Source: an uncultured Erysipelotrichaceae bacterium (GTDB lineage Bacteria; Bacillota_I; Bacilli_A; Erysipelotrichales; Erysipelotrichaceae). Taken from it: a stretch of DNA of 64,000 nucleotides. The notes under the pieces are model-generated. The model was not told the origin of the DNA, searched no databases, and worked only from the letters and a program-made list of their open reading frames with translations. Shown piece after piece: positions 37,146-47,498 of this stretch. The stretch is from assembly GCA_937900565.1 (NCBI GenBank), contig CALCFG010000136.1, forward strand, positions 513 through 64,512, written 5' to 3'. The position numbers were made by a program, and so were the translations under genes. How positions within the stretch are numbered: position 1 is the stretch's first letter; the number at the start of each line of letters is the position of its first letter.

Positions 37146-38171
37146 ATGAAAATTAAACAAACAGTTTTGACATTATTAACCTTAGTATTGGCAGGCTGTT
37201 CTACCCTTACACCAACATCAACGCCAGCTAATAGCCCCAATGCCTCACCACTTGCCCAAAGTATACCTGTTGATGTTAATGTTAAGGTAATGAGTGGCCC
37301 TACGGGTATGGGATTGGTTCAATTCTTTGATTCCATTGATAACGGTGAAGTTATAACTAATAATTATCATTACTCTATTGAAACAGGATCAGACCCAGTT
37401 ACAAGCGCATTAGTTAAAGGTGAAGTTGATATAGCTGCCATACCTGCCAATACAGCTGCTGTGCTTTATCAAAAGACGGAAGGTCAATTGCAAGTGATTG
37501 CCATTAATACGTTGGGTGTTTTAAGCATTGTTGAAAACGGGGATATCATTCATTGTGTTACAGATTTAAAAGGTAAAACAATTGTTGCTTCGGGAAAAGA
37601 TAGTGTTCCTGAATATGCATTAAATTATATTTTAATCGGTAACGGATTAACGCCTGGCGAAGATGTGACCATTGAATGGAAGAGTGAACAAAACGAAGTT
37701 GTGGCTGCATTGGCAGCTAATTCGGATGCTATTGCGATGTTACCCCAACCATTTGCAACTGCCGCTATGAATAAGGTGGAAGGGTTACACAGTGCACTTG
37801 ATTTAACCAATGAATGGAATGCAGTTCAACAAGTTAATGGGCAAGATGGTCAAATGGTTACGGGTGTTGTTGTTGCGCGTAAAGAATTTATTGATAATAA
37901 TCCAAGCGTTATTAATGAATTTTTAGATTATTACCAACAAAGTGTGGATTATGTAAATACGAATGTTGAAGATGCAGCGACTTTAGTCGGTAATTATGGC
38001 ATTGTGGATGCAAAGATTGCAACCAAAGCATTGCCAAATTGCAGTATTGTTTGCATACGTGGCAGTGAAATGCAATCTATCTTAGAAAACTATTATGATG
38101 TATTATTTAATGCCAATCCAAAAAGCGTTGGTGGCAAACTACCAGATGCTAATTTCTATTATGTAGGTTAG
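37146..38171 (+). CDS. ABC transporter substrate-binding lipoprotein (NMT1/THI5 - sulfonate/nitrate/HMP type)
   Basis: Lipobox LTLVLAGCS. Size and partner genes (SsuC/TauC-like permease, small ATPase) fit this family. Confidence 0.6.
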   Translation: MKIKQTVLTLLTLVLAGCSTLTPTSTPANSPNASPLAQSIPVDVNVKVMSGPTGMGLVQFFDSIDNGEVITNNYHYSIETGSDPVTSALVKGEVDIAAIPANTAAVLYQKTEGQLQVIAINTLGVLSIVENGDIIHCVTDLKGKTIVASGKDSVPEYALNYILIGNGLTPGEDVTIEWKSEQNEVVAALAANSDAIAMLPQPFATAAMNKVEGLHSALDLTNEWNAVQQVNGQDGQMVTGVVVARKEFIDNNPSVINEFLDYYQQSVDYVNTNVEDAATLVGNYGIVDAKIATKALPNCSIVCIRGSEMQSILENYYDVLFNANPKSVGGKLPDANFYYVG

Positions 38172-38183
38172 ATTAAGTTGATT

Positions 38184-38207
38184 AAAAGGACGTATTTTCG
38201 TCCTTTT
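38184..38207 (+). terminator. intra-operon hairpin (terminator/attenuator) between the binding-protein and permease genes
   Basis: AAAAGGACG-TATTTT-CGTCCTTTT. Confidence 0.6.
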
Positions 38208-38278
38208 AATGCAAAATTTTGAAGAAATGCATTATTATCTATTATTTCATTCCAATTCAGTGCATAATTAAATTACTT

Positions 38279-39031
38279 ATGAAGCATAAAGCGTTACAAA
38301 ATTTGGGTGTTTTACTCTTTTGGCTTATTGTTTGGCAAGTGGTTGCTATGATAGTCAATAATCCAATTCTTTTTGTAACGCCTTTTCAAATGGTTAAAAC
38401 ACTACTAAATTTGTTGCAACAATTTGAAGTTTGGGTATCTATTTTTAAAACTTGTTCGAGTGTTGTTTTAGGTTTTTTGCTCGCGTTTGTTGGTGGGTTT
38501 ATATTAGCTTATTTAAGTTATAAACATTTAATAATTCAACATTTTATTGCACCCATAATTGCAACATTTAAAGCAATACCGGTTGCTTCATTTATTGTGA
38601 TTGTGCTTGTGTGGAGCAGTAGTGCTCAACTGTCATTAATTATTTCTACTTTAATTGGTTTACCTTTGGTATATACCATTTTATTGGAAGGATTTAATAC
38701 CATTGATGTCAAATTATTTGAAATGGCTAATGTATTTAACGTCAGTTTATTAAAACAATTTAAGCATATTACATTATGTGAAATCGCACCATTTTTATAT
38801 AGTGGTGTACAAGTAACACTTGGATATTGCTTTAAAAGTGGTATTGCTGCGGAAGTGATTGGCTTACCTTTGCATTCCTTAGGGGCAGGGTTATATCAAG
38901 CTAAAGTATACTTTGCAACGGATGAATTGTTTGCATATACTGCACTTATTATTGGACTAAGTTATCTATTAGAAAAAACAATGGTGGCGTTGGTAAGACT
39001 TATTTATCAAAAGGGTGGTTACTATGATTAA
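38279..39031 (+). CDS. ABC transporter permease (binding-protein-dependent, SsuC/TauC-like)
   Basis: Six TM helices. EAA-like loop MANVFNVSLLKQFKHITLCEIAPFLYSG. ATG 38279 lies downstream of the hairpin, whereas the track's TTG start at 38219 is unsupported. Confidence 0.7.
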   Translation: MKHKALQNLGVLLFWLIVWQVVAMIVNNPILFVTPFQMVKTLLNLLQQFEVWVSIFKTCSSVVLGFLLAFVGGFILAYLSYKHLIIQHFIAPIIATFKAIPVASFIVIVLVWSSSAQLSLIISTLIGLPLVYTILLEGFNTIDVKLFEMANVFNVSLLKQFKHITLCEIAPFLYSGVQVTLGYCFKSGIAAEVIGLPLHSLGAGLYQAKVYFATDELFAYTALIIGLSYLLEKTMVALVRLIYQKGGYYD

Positions 39032-39626
39032 GTTAAATAATCTATCGATTTATTATGGGGATAATCAAGTATTAAGTAATATTAATGCAACGTTTGAATC
39101 TGGTAAACACTATTTAATTCAAGGCAAAAGTGGACTTGGTAAAACGAGTTTATTAAATGCTATCTTAGGACTAATTAAGTATGAAGGAACAATTGAGAAA
39201 GATTATTCAAAGGTTAGTATGGTTTTTCAAGAAGATCGATTACTTGAACACAGTAATGTATATACTAATTTAAAATTTGTTCAACCAAGTACTTATTCAA
39301 ATAATGAATATGAACATAAATTGGATGAAATATTAAAGCAATTGGATTTATATGATAATAAATATTCACCAATTCGTTTTCTTTCTGGAGGTATGAAACG
39401 AAGAGTATCCATTGCAAGGGCATTACTTTATGAAGGAGATGTTTTATTAGCGGATGAACCTTTGAAAGGTCTAGATAGTGCATTACAGCAAAAAACTTTA
39501 GCTTTAATGAATCATTTTTTTTTGAATAAAACAATACTTTTAGTAAGTCATCAAGATTTAATTGGTAATAATTATATTCAGTGTGGTTTAAGTAAAAATG
39601 CACTTTTAATTGATGTAATAGAGTGA
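39024..39626 (+). CDS. ABC transporter ATP-binding protein
   Basis: Walker A GKSGLGKTS, signature LSGGMKRRVSIARAL, Walker B VLLADEP. Confidence 0.85.
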   Translation: MIKLNNLSIYYGDNQVLSNINATFESGKHYLIQGKSGLGKTSLLNAILGLIKYEGTIEKDYSKVSMVFQEDRLLEHSNVYTNLKFVQPSTYSNNEYEHKLDEILKQLDLYDNKYSPIRFLSGGMKRRVSIARALLYEGDVLLADEPLKGLDSALQQKTLALMNHFFLNKTILLVSHQDLIGNNYIQCGLSKNALLIDVIE

Positions 39627-39641
39627 TTTTGGAGGCTCATT

Positions 39642-41108
39642 ATGAAAAAGGTATACATTTTTATGAGTGTGCTCTTTTTGGTGCGTTGCAAAGAAAATGC
39701 AACGTTACAGGAAGCACAAGTAAAAGAAACACCAATAACAACCATATCATCTAGTTAATCTGAAATGAGTGACAATAAATCATTTGCACAAACTTTTGTG
39801 GAGGCTGGTTATTTAAATGTCATCGCTCGCTGTTATGGTAATTACGATTGGTTAAGCTTTTATCGTGGTGATTTTAATTATGTGGATAGTGATTATGATT
39901 TATCATTAGTTAACGATAATAACACCATTAGAATTGACTATAATCGTGGTGGAAAACTCGATATTCATTATTATCAGTATGCGATTAATTACGTAAAAGA
40001 AAATGATTTGAAATCTGTTACGTATGAATTAAATATGAGTTTCGTTGAACACATGTTGGATTCCATAAATGGAAATATTGAGCTCAATGATGGTAGCAAG
40101 GTATCCTATCCATTTACGTTTGATTACAACAATCAATTGCTGCTTGACAATGAATCAAACTCTACTACAAACGGAAAGCCGATTCGTTTTATAGATAATT
40201 TGAATGAAAAACTAGTGTATCAAACAAGTTCGTGTTATCACGCATCCACGTTAGTTAATGAGGTGATGCGTGATTTTGAAGAACAATACGATAATTTTGT
40301 TACCAATAATATTCCTTTTATTGAAGAAGAGTCCTATTCTTCGGATTTTTTAAGTAATATGGAACCATTTGTTTATGAACATAAATTACGTGAAGTAAAC
40401 TTTGCGGATAGTGCTTACTTATATCAAACATTTAATGTGAATCATGATGCAAAATTGATTGATGAATTGAACAGTAAAGAGCGAACGTTACTATTTGCAA
40501 GTTTAATAAATCATGAGATTTCTAATATAAATGATATCGATTGGAATCACGATTTAATTGCGTTACTTACAGCATCAAGTAATCAATTAGGATGTGATGT
40601 GAGGCGTTGCTTTAATCATGATACTTTTATTTGCCTTGATTATTCGAATTATGAAGGTTATCACAGAGTTTCTCTTGTTAGTGACGTAAATAAATTGATG
40701 GAACAACTAGGTGTTGAATCACCAAAAGTTTGGATTGATTCGACGAATTCCCTAAGCAATGGTGTATTTGCAGATTCATATAATCAATTATTTGTAACTG
40801 TAGCACCTGAAGGTGATTTCTTTTATATGCCTTTCGGTATCGTCATTGTTAATGAAGAGCAAACAAATGGATTAGAAAAGATAGTATTTATAAAATATCA
40901 ACTTGAAATTGATTCTACTGATTCTTCCGTTGCTTATATAAGTGATGACTTGCAGTTTTCCATTGATAACAATATTGGTAAACTAAATGAGCAGACAATT
41001 CAATTTGTGTATAATCATCTCGATCAATTGAGTCAGTGGCAATTAACATTAGATTGTAGTGACAGTAAAGATGTATGTCGTGTAGTGTCATTAAAAGAGT
41101 ATTCATAA
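39642..41108 (+). pseudogene. orphan lipoprotein-like gene interrupted by an in-frame TAA at 39756-39758; the downstream 447 codons are intact
   Basis: ATG 39642 with SD GGAGG encodes MKKVYIFMSVLFLVRC..., then TAA. The 39765 ORF is in the same frame (123 nt = 41 codons later) and has no SD of its own. Confidence 0.5.
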
Positions 41109-41147
41109 TTTATAAGTTATTACTACTTCGGATTACTCTCATATTAT

Positions 41148-42296
41148 ATGAGAAAGTTAGTATGCCCGATTTGTGGGAATGACGACCCATTAAGCTTAAG
41201 AGTAGTGAATGATACAATCGTATGTCGAAAGTGCATTCGTTATCAACGTATGGCGTTACTATATCAAGAAAGTAGTGAAGATGTTGGTAAGGATGAAATA
41301 GTATTGGATTTTCCATTAAGTGAGCAACAGAAACAATGTGCACTAGAAGTAAGGCAGGCAATTGTGCAAGGTAATGATGTACTTTTAGAAGCGGTATGTG
41401 GTGCGGGAAAGACTGAAATGTTAATGGAATCAATCGCTTATGCATTAGCTAATCATGGTAAAGTCGGTTTTCTTATTCCAAGAAGGCAAGTTGTGTTAGA
41501 AGTTTCTGCAAGGTTAGCGCATAATTTTCCTAAAGCTAAAGTTGTACCAGTGTGCCAGGGATATCAAAATGAGTTGGAAGGGGATATTATTGTTGCAACT
41601 ACGCATCAAGCCGTGCGTTATCCTAATTACTTTGATTTATTAATTTTGGATGAACCGGATGCATTTCCTTATAAAGGTAATAAAGTTTTAAAAGAAATAG
41701 TTTTAAGATGTAAGCGTAAAAACATGATTTATTCGACTGCTACACCGAGTGATGATTTGATTCAACTAGTGAATCAAAAAAAGTGTGTTCATGTACAATT
41801 GAATTCACGTTATACCAGACGTGCGATGATCGTTCCATTAAATATTATTGGATTTACATGGATGTTATGGATACGAATGATCCATGATATTTCCGTTGCT
41901 AAACGCAGTGTATTGCTATTTGTACCAACGAAGAAATTAGCCAAACTTGCCTGGCAATTATTAAAATCATTACGTTCTTGCCAATTTGTTACCAGTGAAA
42001 CAGATAATAAAGAAGAAATTATCGAAGCATTTCGAAGTAAACAATTTCCTTTATTAATTTCTACCTCGATATTGGAGCGTGGGGTAACTTTTAAAGATAT
42101 CGATGTATTGATACTCTATGCCGATCATCCAGTATTTGATCAAGCAGCTTTAGTACAAATGGCAGGACGTGTTGGAAGAGATATTACGTATTGGCAAGGA
42201 CGATGTATTTTTTATAGTTTAACGAAAAATCATAATGTGAGAGGATGCATTGAAAGGATTGAATATGCGAACCAATCATTGTCTATGGTGCAATGA
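41148..42296 (+). CDS. comFA: ComFA-like DEAD/DEAH-box helicase (competence protein)
   Basis: N-terminal Zn-finger CPICG...CRKC, Walker A CGAGKTE, DEPD box, QMAGRVGR. Synteny comFA-comFC-secA-prfB. Confidence 0.8.
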   Translation: MRKLVCPICGNDDPLSLRVVNDTIVCRKCIRYQRMALLYQESSEDVGKDEIVLDFPLSEQQKQCALEVRQAIVQGNDVLLEAVCGAGKTEMLMESIAYALANHGKVGFLIPRRQVVLEVSARLAHNFPKAKVVPVCQGYQNELEGDIIVATTHQAVRYPNYFDLLILDEPDAFPYKGNKVLKEIVLRCKRKNMIYSTATPSDDLIQLVNQKKCVHVQLNSRYTRRAMIVPLNIIGFTWMLWIRMIHDISVAKRSVLLFVPTKKLAKLAWQLLKSLRSCQFVTSETDNKEEIIEAFRSKQFPLLISTSILERGVTFKDIDVLILYADHPVFDQAALVQMAGRVGRDITYWQGRCIFYSLTKNHNVRGCIERIEYANQSLSMVQ

Positions 42297-42879
42297 ATCC
42301 GTTTATCAAAACCGCACTAATCTTGATATTTTCTTTAGCAATGATTTACTCTGTGCAAAGTGTCGTCAACTCATTCAACCTCAATACATCCACTTTAATC
42401 AAAATGGTGTTAAAGGTTTAGCTATTTATAGTTACGATGCAACGCTAGCAGAAATGTTTTTTCAATTTAAGCAAGGTTTGGATATTGATTTAGCTTCTGT
42501 GTTTTTGCCTAATGATTTGTCACGTATTCAACGATACATTGGCTTTAGGCAATGCATCATTGCACCAAGCAGTGATGCTTCGTTTCAAAAGCGACACTTT
42601 ATTCCCTTGAAGCTAATCTGCAACGCGTTACATCGTAAGATAGAATCGCCATTTATTAAATTTAGTGATGAACAAAAAAGTTTGTCGGTAAGTAAGCGAA
42701 AAGATATTCAAATTGGTCTGAAAGATAGTATACGATTAAGGAAGAAGCTTTGCTTAATCGATGATGTTTTTGTATCTGGATCGACGATTAAAGCATGCCT
42801 TAATGCTTTAACTGATGCAGGCTATAGTGATATAAAGGTATTAATCATAGCTTTGGATAAAGATAGGTATGCACAATAA
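42265..42879 (+). CDS. comFC: ComF-family phosphoribosyltransferase-like protein
   Basis: N-terminal CLWC...CAKC zinc ribbon. PRTase loop LCLIDDVFVSGSTI. Confidence 0.8.
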   Translation: MRTNHCLWCNESVYQNRTNLDIFFSNDLLCAKCRQLIQPQYIHFNQNGVKGLAIYSYDATLAEMFFQFKQGLDIDLASVFLPNDLSRIQRYIGFRQCIIAPSSDASFQKRHFIPLKLICNALHRKIESPFIKFSDEQKSLSVSKRKDIQIGLKDSIRLRKKLCLIDDVFVSGSTIKACLNALTDAGYSDIKVLIIALDKDRYAQ

Positions 42880-42898
42880 AGAACAGTTAAATGAAGTT

Positions 42899-42945
42899 AA
42901 ACGCAACGAATTATGTATAAATGAACAATTTGTTGCGTTTTTTCT
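42899..42945 (+). terminator. terminator after comFC
   Basis: AAACGCAACGAATT...AATTTGTTGCGTTT stem (one mismatch) followed by a T-run. Confidence 0.6.
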
Positions 42946-43020
42946 ATGGAATATACGCTTGTCTATTAGGTAATTGACAATTCGTTTGTTATAATAAATT
43001 GGTTAAAAAAGGAGATTAAG

Positions 43021-45519
43021 ATGGCTAATTTTTTACATAAATTATTAAATGGTGAGAAAAAACAAATTGCCACAATTGATAAAAAAATGAATGCTGTGGA
43101 AGCATTGCAACCTGAAATAGAAAAACTCAGTGATGAACAATTAAAGGGGAAAACGGAAGAATTTCGTAGTCGCTTAGCAAATGGACAAACGCTGGACGAT
43201 ATTTTAGTTGAGGCATTTGCGGTCGTTAGAGAAGCAGCCAAACGTGTCCTTGGAATGACACCATTCCATGTGCAATTAATGGGTGCCTATGTATTGCATC
43301 AAGGTGATATTGCTGAAATGAAAACAGGTGAAGGTAAAACTTTAACTGAAACTTTACCCGTTTATTTAAATGCATTAAGTGGACAAGGTGTACATGTTGT
43401 TACAGTCAATGAGTATTTGGCAGGACGTGACCGTGATATTAATGGACCAGTATATGAATTTTTAGGATTAACAGTAGGATTAAATTTACGTCAATTAACT
43501 ACTAGTCAAAAACGCGCTGCCTATGCATGTGATGTTACCTATACGACAAACGCTGAATTAGGATTTGATTACTTACGTGATAACATGGTAACCAAAAAAG
43601 AAGACCGCGTATTGCGTGGATTAAACTATGCATTAATTGATGAAGTGGATAGTATTTTAATTGATGAAGCACGAACGCCATTAATTATTTCCGGTGGAAA
43701 ACAAATTAATGCGAATTTATATTTGCAAGCGGATAAGTTTGCTAAATCATTAACGGAAAATGCCGATTATACAATCGATATTCAAACACGCTCCGTGTCA
43801 TTAACTGATAGTGGTGTGGATAAAGCAGAACGTGCGTTTAAAGTGGAAAATCTATTCGATTTAAATAACACTTCTTTAGTGCATTTTATTACTCAAGCAT
43901 TAAAAGCTAATTACATCATGCGTGCAGATATTGAATACATGGTGGATAAAGAAAATGATGTTGTTTTAATTATTGACCAAAATACTGGACGTACCATGCC
44001 AGGAAGAGAATATTCTGACGGTTTACACCAAGCCATTGAAGCGAAAGAAGGCATTGGTATTAAACAAGAAACCGTTACATTGGCAACGATTACTTACCAA
44101 AACTTCTTCCGTTTATATAACAAATTATGTGGTATGACTGGTACTGCTAAAACTGAGGAAGAAGAATTCTTAGAAATTTACAACATGCGTGTTGTTGAAA
44201 TTCCAACGAACCGCCCAATGATACGTAAAGATTATCCAGATGCGATTTATGCCTCAAAGAAAGCTAAATTTAACGCTTTAGTAAATGAAGTGGTGGCGTG
44301 TCATGAAAAAGGACAACCAGTTTTAGTGGGAACAATTTCAGTAGAAACGAGTGAATTAATCAGTAAGATGTTAAAATCTCGTAAGATTCATCATGAAGTG
44401 TTGAATGCTAAAAACCATGCACGTGAAGCAGAAATTATAGCGCGTGCTGGTCAAAAAGGTGCAGTAACGATTGCTACTAATATGGCTGGTCGTGGTACTG
44501 ATATTAAACTTGGTGATGGTGTCAAGGAATTGGGTGGATTGGCTGTTTTAGGTAGTGAACGTCATGAGTCCCGTCGTATTGATAACCAATTACGTGGACG
44601 TTCAGGCCGTCAAGGTGACCCTGGATTTAGCCGTTTCTATGTATCCATTGAAGATGAATTAATGCTACGTTTTGGTGCAGAACGTATGCAAGGTACATTT
44701 GCTCAATTGGGTGATGAAGCTTTGGAAAGTAAAACAGTAACTAAATTTATTGAAGGTGCACAACGTCGTGTTGAAGGTGTTAACTTTGATTCGCGTAAAA
44801 CATTATTAGGTTATGATGATGTTATGCGTCAACAACGTGAAGTAATGTATGAACAACGTAACTTTATCTTAGATCATGAAGATGTCCATGAAATTACCAA
44901 AGGTATGTTTGATGAAGTGATTTCTAACATGATTGAAAATAACATGGATGAAAAACATAAAAATGTTCAGTTGGATCCAGTGTTAGAATCTTTAAGTAAA
45001 TTAGGCTTTAAAGAACCAGTTAATAAAAATGACTATGTATCATTAACTCCAGAACAAATTAAAGACAACTTAGTGGATGCATGCTTTGCGGTTTATGAAG
45101 ATAAGATTAAAGATTATAAACAACAAATGTTACCACTTGAACGCACTATGGTATTAAAGATGATTGACCAATCCTGGGTAAATCATATTGATGTGATGAA
45201 TAAACTTAGAGAGGGTATTGGATTACGTGGATATGCTCAAACGAATCCATTGCAAGCTTATGTTGAAGAAGGATTTAGCTTATTTGAGGAAATGAAGGAA
45301 CAAATTGCTTTAAATGTTGTTCGTTTCTGTTTAAATGTAAAGATTGTTGTTAACGAGCCACAACCACAACCTAAAAAAGTTGATTTTAATCAATTAACGC
45401 CGCAACAACAACGAAAAGTGCTAAACGATATTGCGCAAAAGAATCCGCAATTAGCGAAAGCAATTCTTGCAAAACAACTTGAGTCGCAACAAAATAAAGA
45501 TAAGGAAAATACAAATTAA
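43021..45519 (+). CDS. secA: preprotein translocase ATPase SecA
   Basis: MKTGEGKTL, DEVDSILIDEARTPLIISG, TNMAGRGTDI, RIDNQLRGRSGRQGDPG. Confidence 0.95.
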   Translation: MANFLHKLLNGEKKQIATIDKKMNAVEALQPEIEKLSDEQLKGKTEEFRSRLANGQTLDDILVEAFAVVREAAKRVLGMTPFHVQLMGAYVLHQGDIAEMKTGEGKTLTETLPVYLNALSGQGVHVVTVNEYLAGRDRDINGPVYEFLGLTVGLNLRQLTTSQKRAAYACDVTYTTNAELGFDYLRDNMVTKKEDRVLRGLNYALIDEVDSILIDEARTPLIISGGKQINANLYLQADKFAKSLTENADYTIDIQTRSVSLTDSGVDKAERAFKVENLFDLNNTSLVHFITQALKANYIMRADIEYMVDKENDVVLIIDQNTGRTMPGREYSDGLHQAIEAKEGIGIKQETVTLATITYQNFFRLYNKLCGMTGTAKTEEEEFLEIYNMRVVEIPTNRPMIRKDYPDAIYASKKAKFNALVNEVVACHEKGQPVLVGTISVETSELISKMLKSRKIHHEVLNAKNHAREAEIIARAGQKGAVTIATNMAGRGTDIKLGDGVKELGGLAVLGSERHESRRIDNQLRGRSGRQGDPGFSRFYVSIEDELMLRFGAERMQGTFAQLGDEALESKTVTKFIEGAQRRVEGVNFDSRKTLLGYDDVMRQQREVMYEQRNFILDHEDVHEITKGMFDEVISNMIENNMDEKHKNVQLDPVLESLSKLGFKEPVNKNDYVSLTPEQIKDNLVDACFAVYEDKIKDYKQQMLPLERTMVLKMIDQSWVNHIDVMNKLREGIGLRGYAQTNPLQAYVEEGFSLFEEMKEQIALNVVRFCLNVKIVVNEPQPQPKKVDFNQLTPQQQRKVLNDIAQKNPQLAKAILAKQLESQQNKDKENTN

Positions 45520-46620
45520 TGGAAGTTTATGAATTAAAGCAGGAGTTAAACCAATTGAGTCTTAAGGTACGTCAATTGGGTGATTCACTTTGACTTACCT
45601 GCAAAACAAAAACAATACGATGATTATCAAGTCTTAATGAACGATCAGGACTTTTGGAATGATCCAAAATATGCCCAACATATCATTAAATTAGCCAATG
45701 GCTTAAAAGATATTGTTTCTAAAAGTGAACAATTGCAATTACAAAATGCATCATTAATTGAATTGGTTGACAGTTATGATGGTACAGATAGTGAAATGTG
45801 GGAGTTGATTGAGGAAGAGTTTTCCAGTTTTAAAAAAGCGTTTGCGAATTATGAATTGGATGTTCTATTAGCTGATGATTACAATAAAAACAATGCCATT
45901 GTTTCATTCCATCCCGGAGCGGGTGGCACTGAAAGTCAAGATTGGGCACAAATGCTTGAACGAATGATAGAACGTTATGCTGCTGTTAAAGGCTATAAAT
46001 GTACCATATTGGATTGGCAAGATGGTGAAGAAGCAGGTATTAAAAGCGCATCTGTACTTGTGGAAGGCTATATGGCTTATGGTTATTTAAAAGCATTAAA
46101 AGGAGTTCATCGTTTAGTTCGTATTTCTCCTTTTGATTCCAATGCAAGACGGCATACATCCTTTGCGTCAATGGATGTTATGCCTCAATTTGATGATGAT
46201 ATTGAATTAACCATTGATGAGAATGATTTACAAATTGATACCCACCGTGCTTCTGGTGCGGGTGGGCAACATATTAATAAAACCGATAGCGCAGTAAGAA
46301 TTTTACATAAACCGACAGGCATCGTCGTAAATTGTCAAAGTGAACGTTCTCAAATCCAAAATAGGGAACGTGCGATGAACATGTTACGTTCAAAATTGTA
46401 TCAAGTAATGTTAGAGCAACAAGCCCAACAAGTTGCCAGTTTAAAAGGGGATGTGAAATCCATTGAATGGGGATCACAAATCATGTCGTATGTATTCTGT
46501 CCCTACACAATGGTAAAAGATTTACGCACTAACTATGAGCAAACCAATGTGGAAAAAGTCATGGATGGCGACTTAGACGGATTTATTTTTGCTTACTTGA
46601 AGAGCCTTATTGGAGAATAG
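45519..46620 (+). CDS. prfB: peptide chain release factor 2, requires programmed +1 frameshift at CTT TGA C (45588-45594)
   Basis: ORF0 MEVYELKQELNQLSLKVRQLGDSL ends at TGA 45591-45593. The +1 frame continues DLPAKQ... and contains SPF and GGQHINK motifs. SD-like GGGTGAT lies 3 nt upstream of CTT. Confidence 0.9.
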
Positions 46621-46660
46621 GCTCTTCTTTGTTTATAATGAATTAGTAGAAGGAGGAAAT

Positions 46661-47482
46661 ATGTCATTTATTAAATTATTAATTCTTGGTATTATCCAAG
46701 GAATTAGCGAATGGTTACCCATTTCCTCTAGTGCACATTTATTATTGTATGAAAAATGGGCCAACGTCTTAATGTATTCAGACCCGATTTTAAATGTTAA
46801 TTTTTTAAATTTATTAACAGTAGTAATTCAATTAGGTAGTGTTGGTGCAGTGATGATGTTATTTAATCGCCAACTGAATCCATTTGATCCACGTAAAAGC
46901 AAAAAAGGAAAAGCCATAACCTATGGGTTATGGATAAAAATAATAGTTGCCGCTTTACCAAGTTTATTGGTAGGGATAACCTTATCACGTTTTGCTGACC
47001 ATTATTTCCATAATGAAATAGTGATTGCCATTATGTTAATTGTGATTGGGATTCTTTTTATTGTCGTTGAAAATCACAGTGTGCCATTACGTATACGTAA
47101 ATTAAATCAAATGGATTTATTGACCGCATTCAAAATTGGTTGTGTGCAAACCGTAGCTATTATCCCAGGGGCGTCTCGCTCTGGCAGTAGTATTTTAGCT
47201 GCTTTAATGGAAGGTGTAGATCGTAAGGTTGCCTGTGAATTCTCGTTTTTAATATCAATTCCAGTGATAATTGGCGCTTCGTTATTAAAAATCATTCAAT
47301 ATAGTGCAGGTATTACATTTGGCGGCTGGTTATATGTGATTGGTGGATGTTTAATTAGCTTTATTGTAAGCTTGTTTGTCGTTCGTATTTTAATTAACTA
47401 TATCAAAACACATGATTTCCGTGTTTTTGGTATCTATCGTATACTATTAGCCATTGTAGTGATTATTAGTATATTTTTGTAA
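46661..47482 (+). CDS. uppP: undecaprenyl-diphosphate phosphatase
   Basis: GIIQGISEWLPISSSAHL and PGASRSGSSI motifs. SD GAAGGAGG. Confidence 0.9.
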   Translation: MSFIKLLILGIIQGISEWLPISSSAHLLLYEKWANVLMYSDPILNVNFLNLLTVVIQLGSVGAVMMLFNRQLNPFDPRKSKKGKAITYGLWIKIIVAALPSLLVGITLSRFADHYFHNEIVIAIMLIVIGILFIVVENHSVPLRIRKLNQMDLLTAFKIGCVQTVAIIPGASRSGSSILAALMEGVDRKVACEFSFLISIPVIIGASLLKIIQYSAGITFGGWLYVIGGCLISFIVSLFVVRILINYIKTHDFRVFGIYRILLAIVVIISIFL

Positions 47483-47498
47483 GGAGTAGTATTTTTCA

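Noticed and set aside
41100-41150. SigH/ComX-type promoter (CGAATA-like box) in front of comFA
   Set aside because: Only a loose TCGGATTA is present, and I do not know a reliable consensus for this lineage. The comFA start also lacks an SD, so the 5' end is uncertain.
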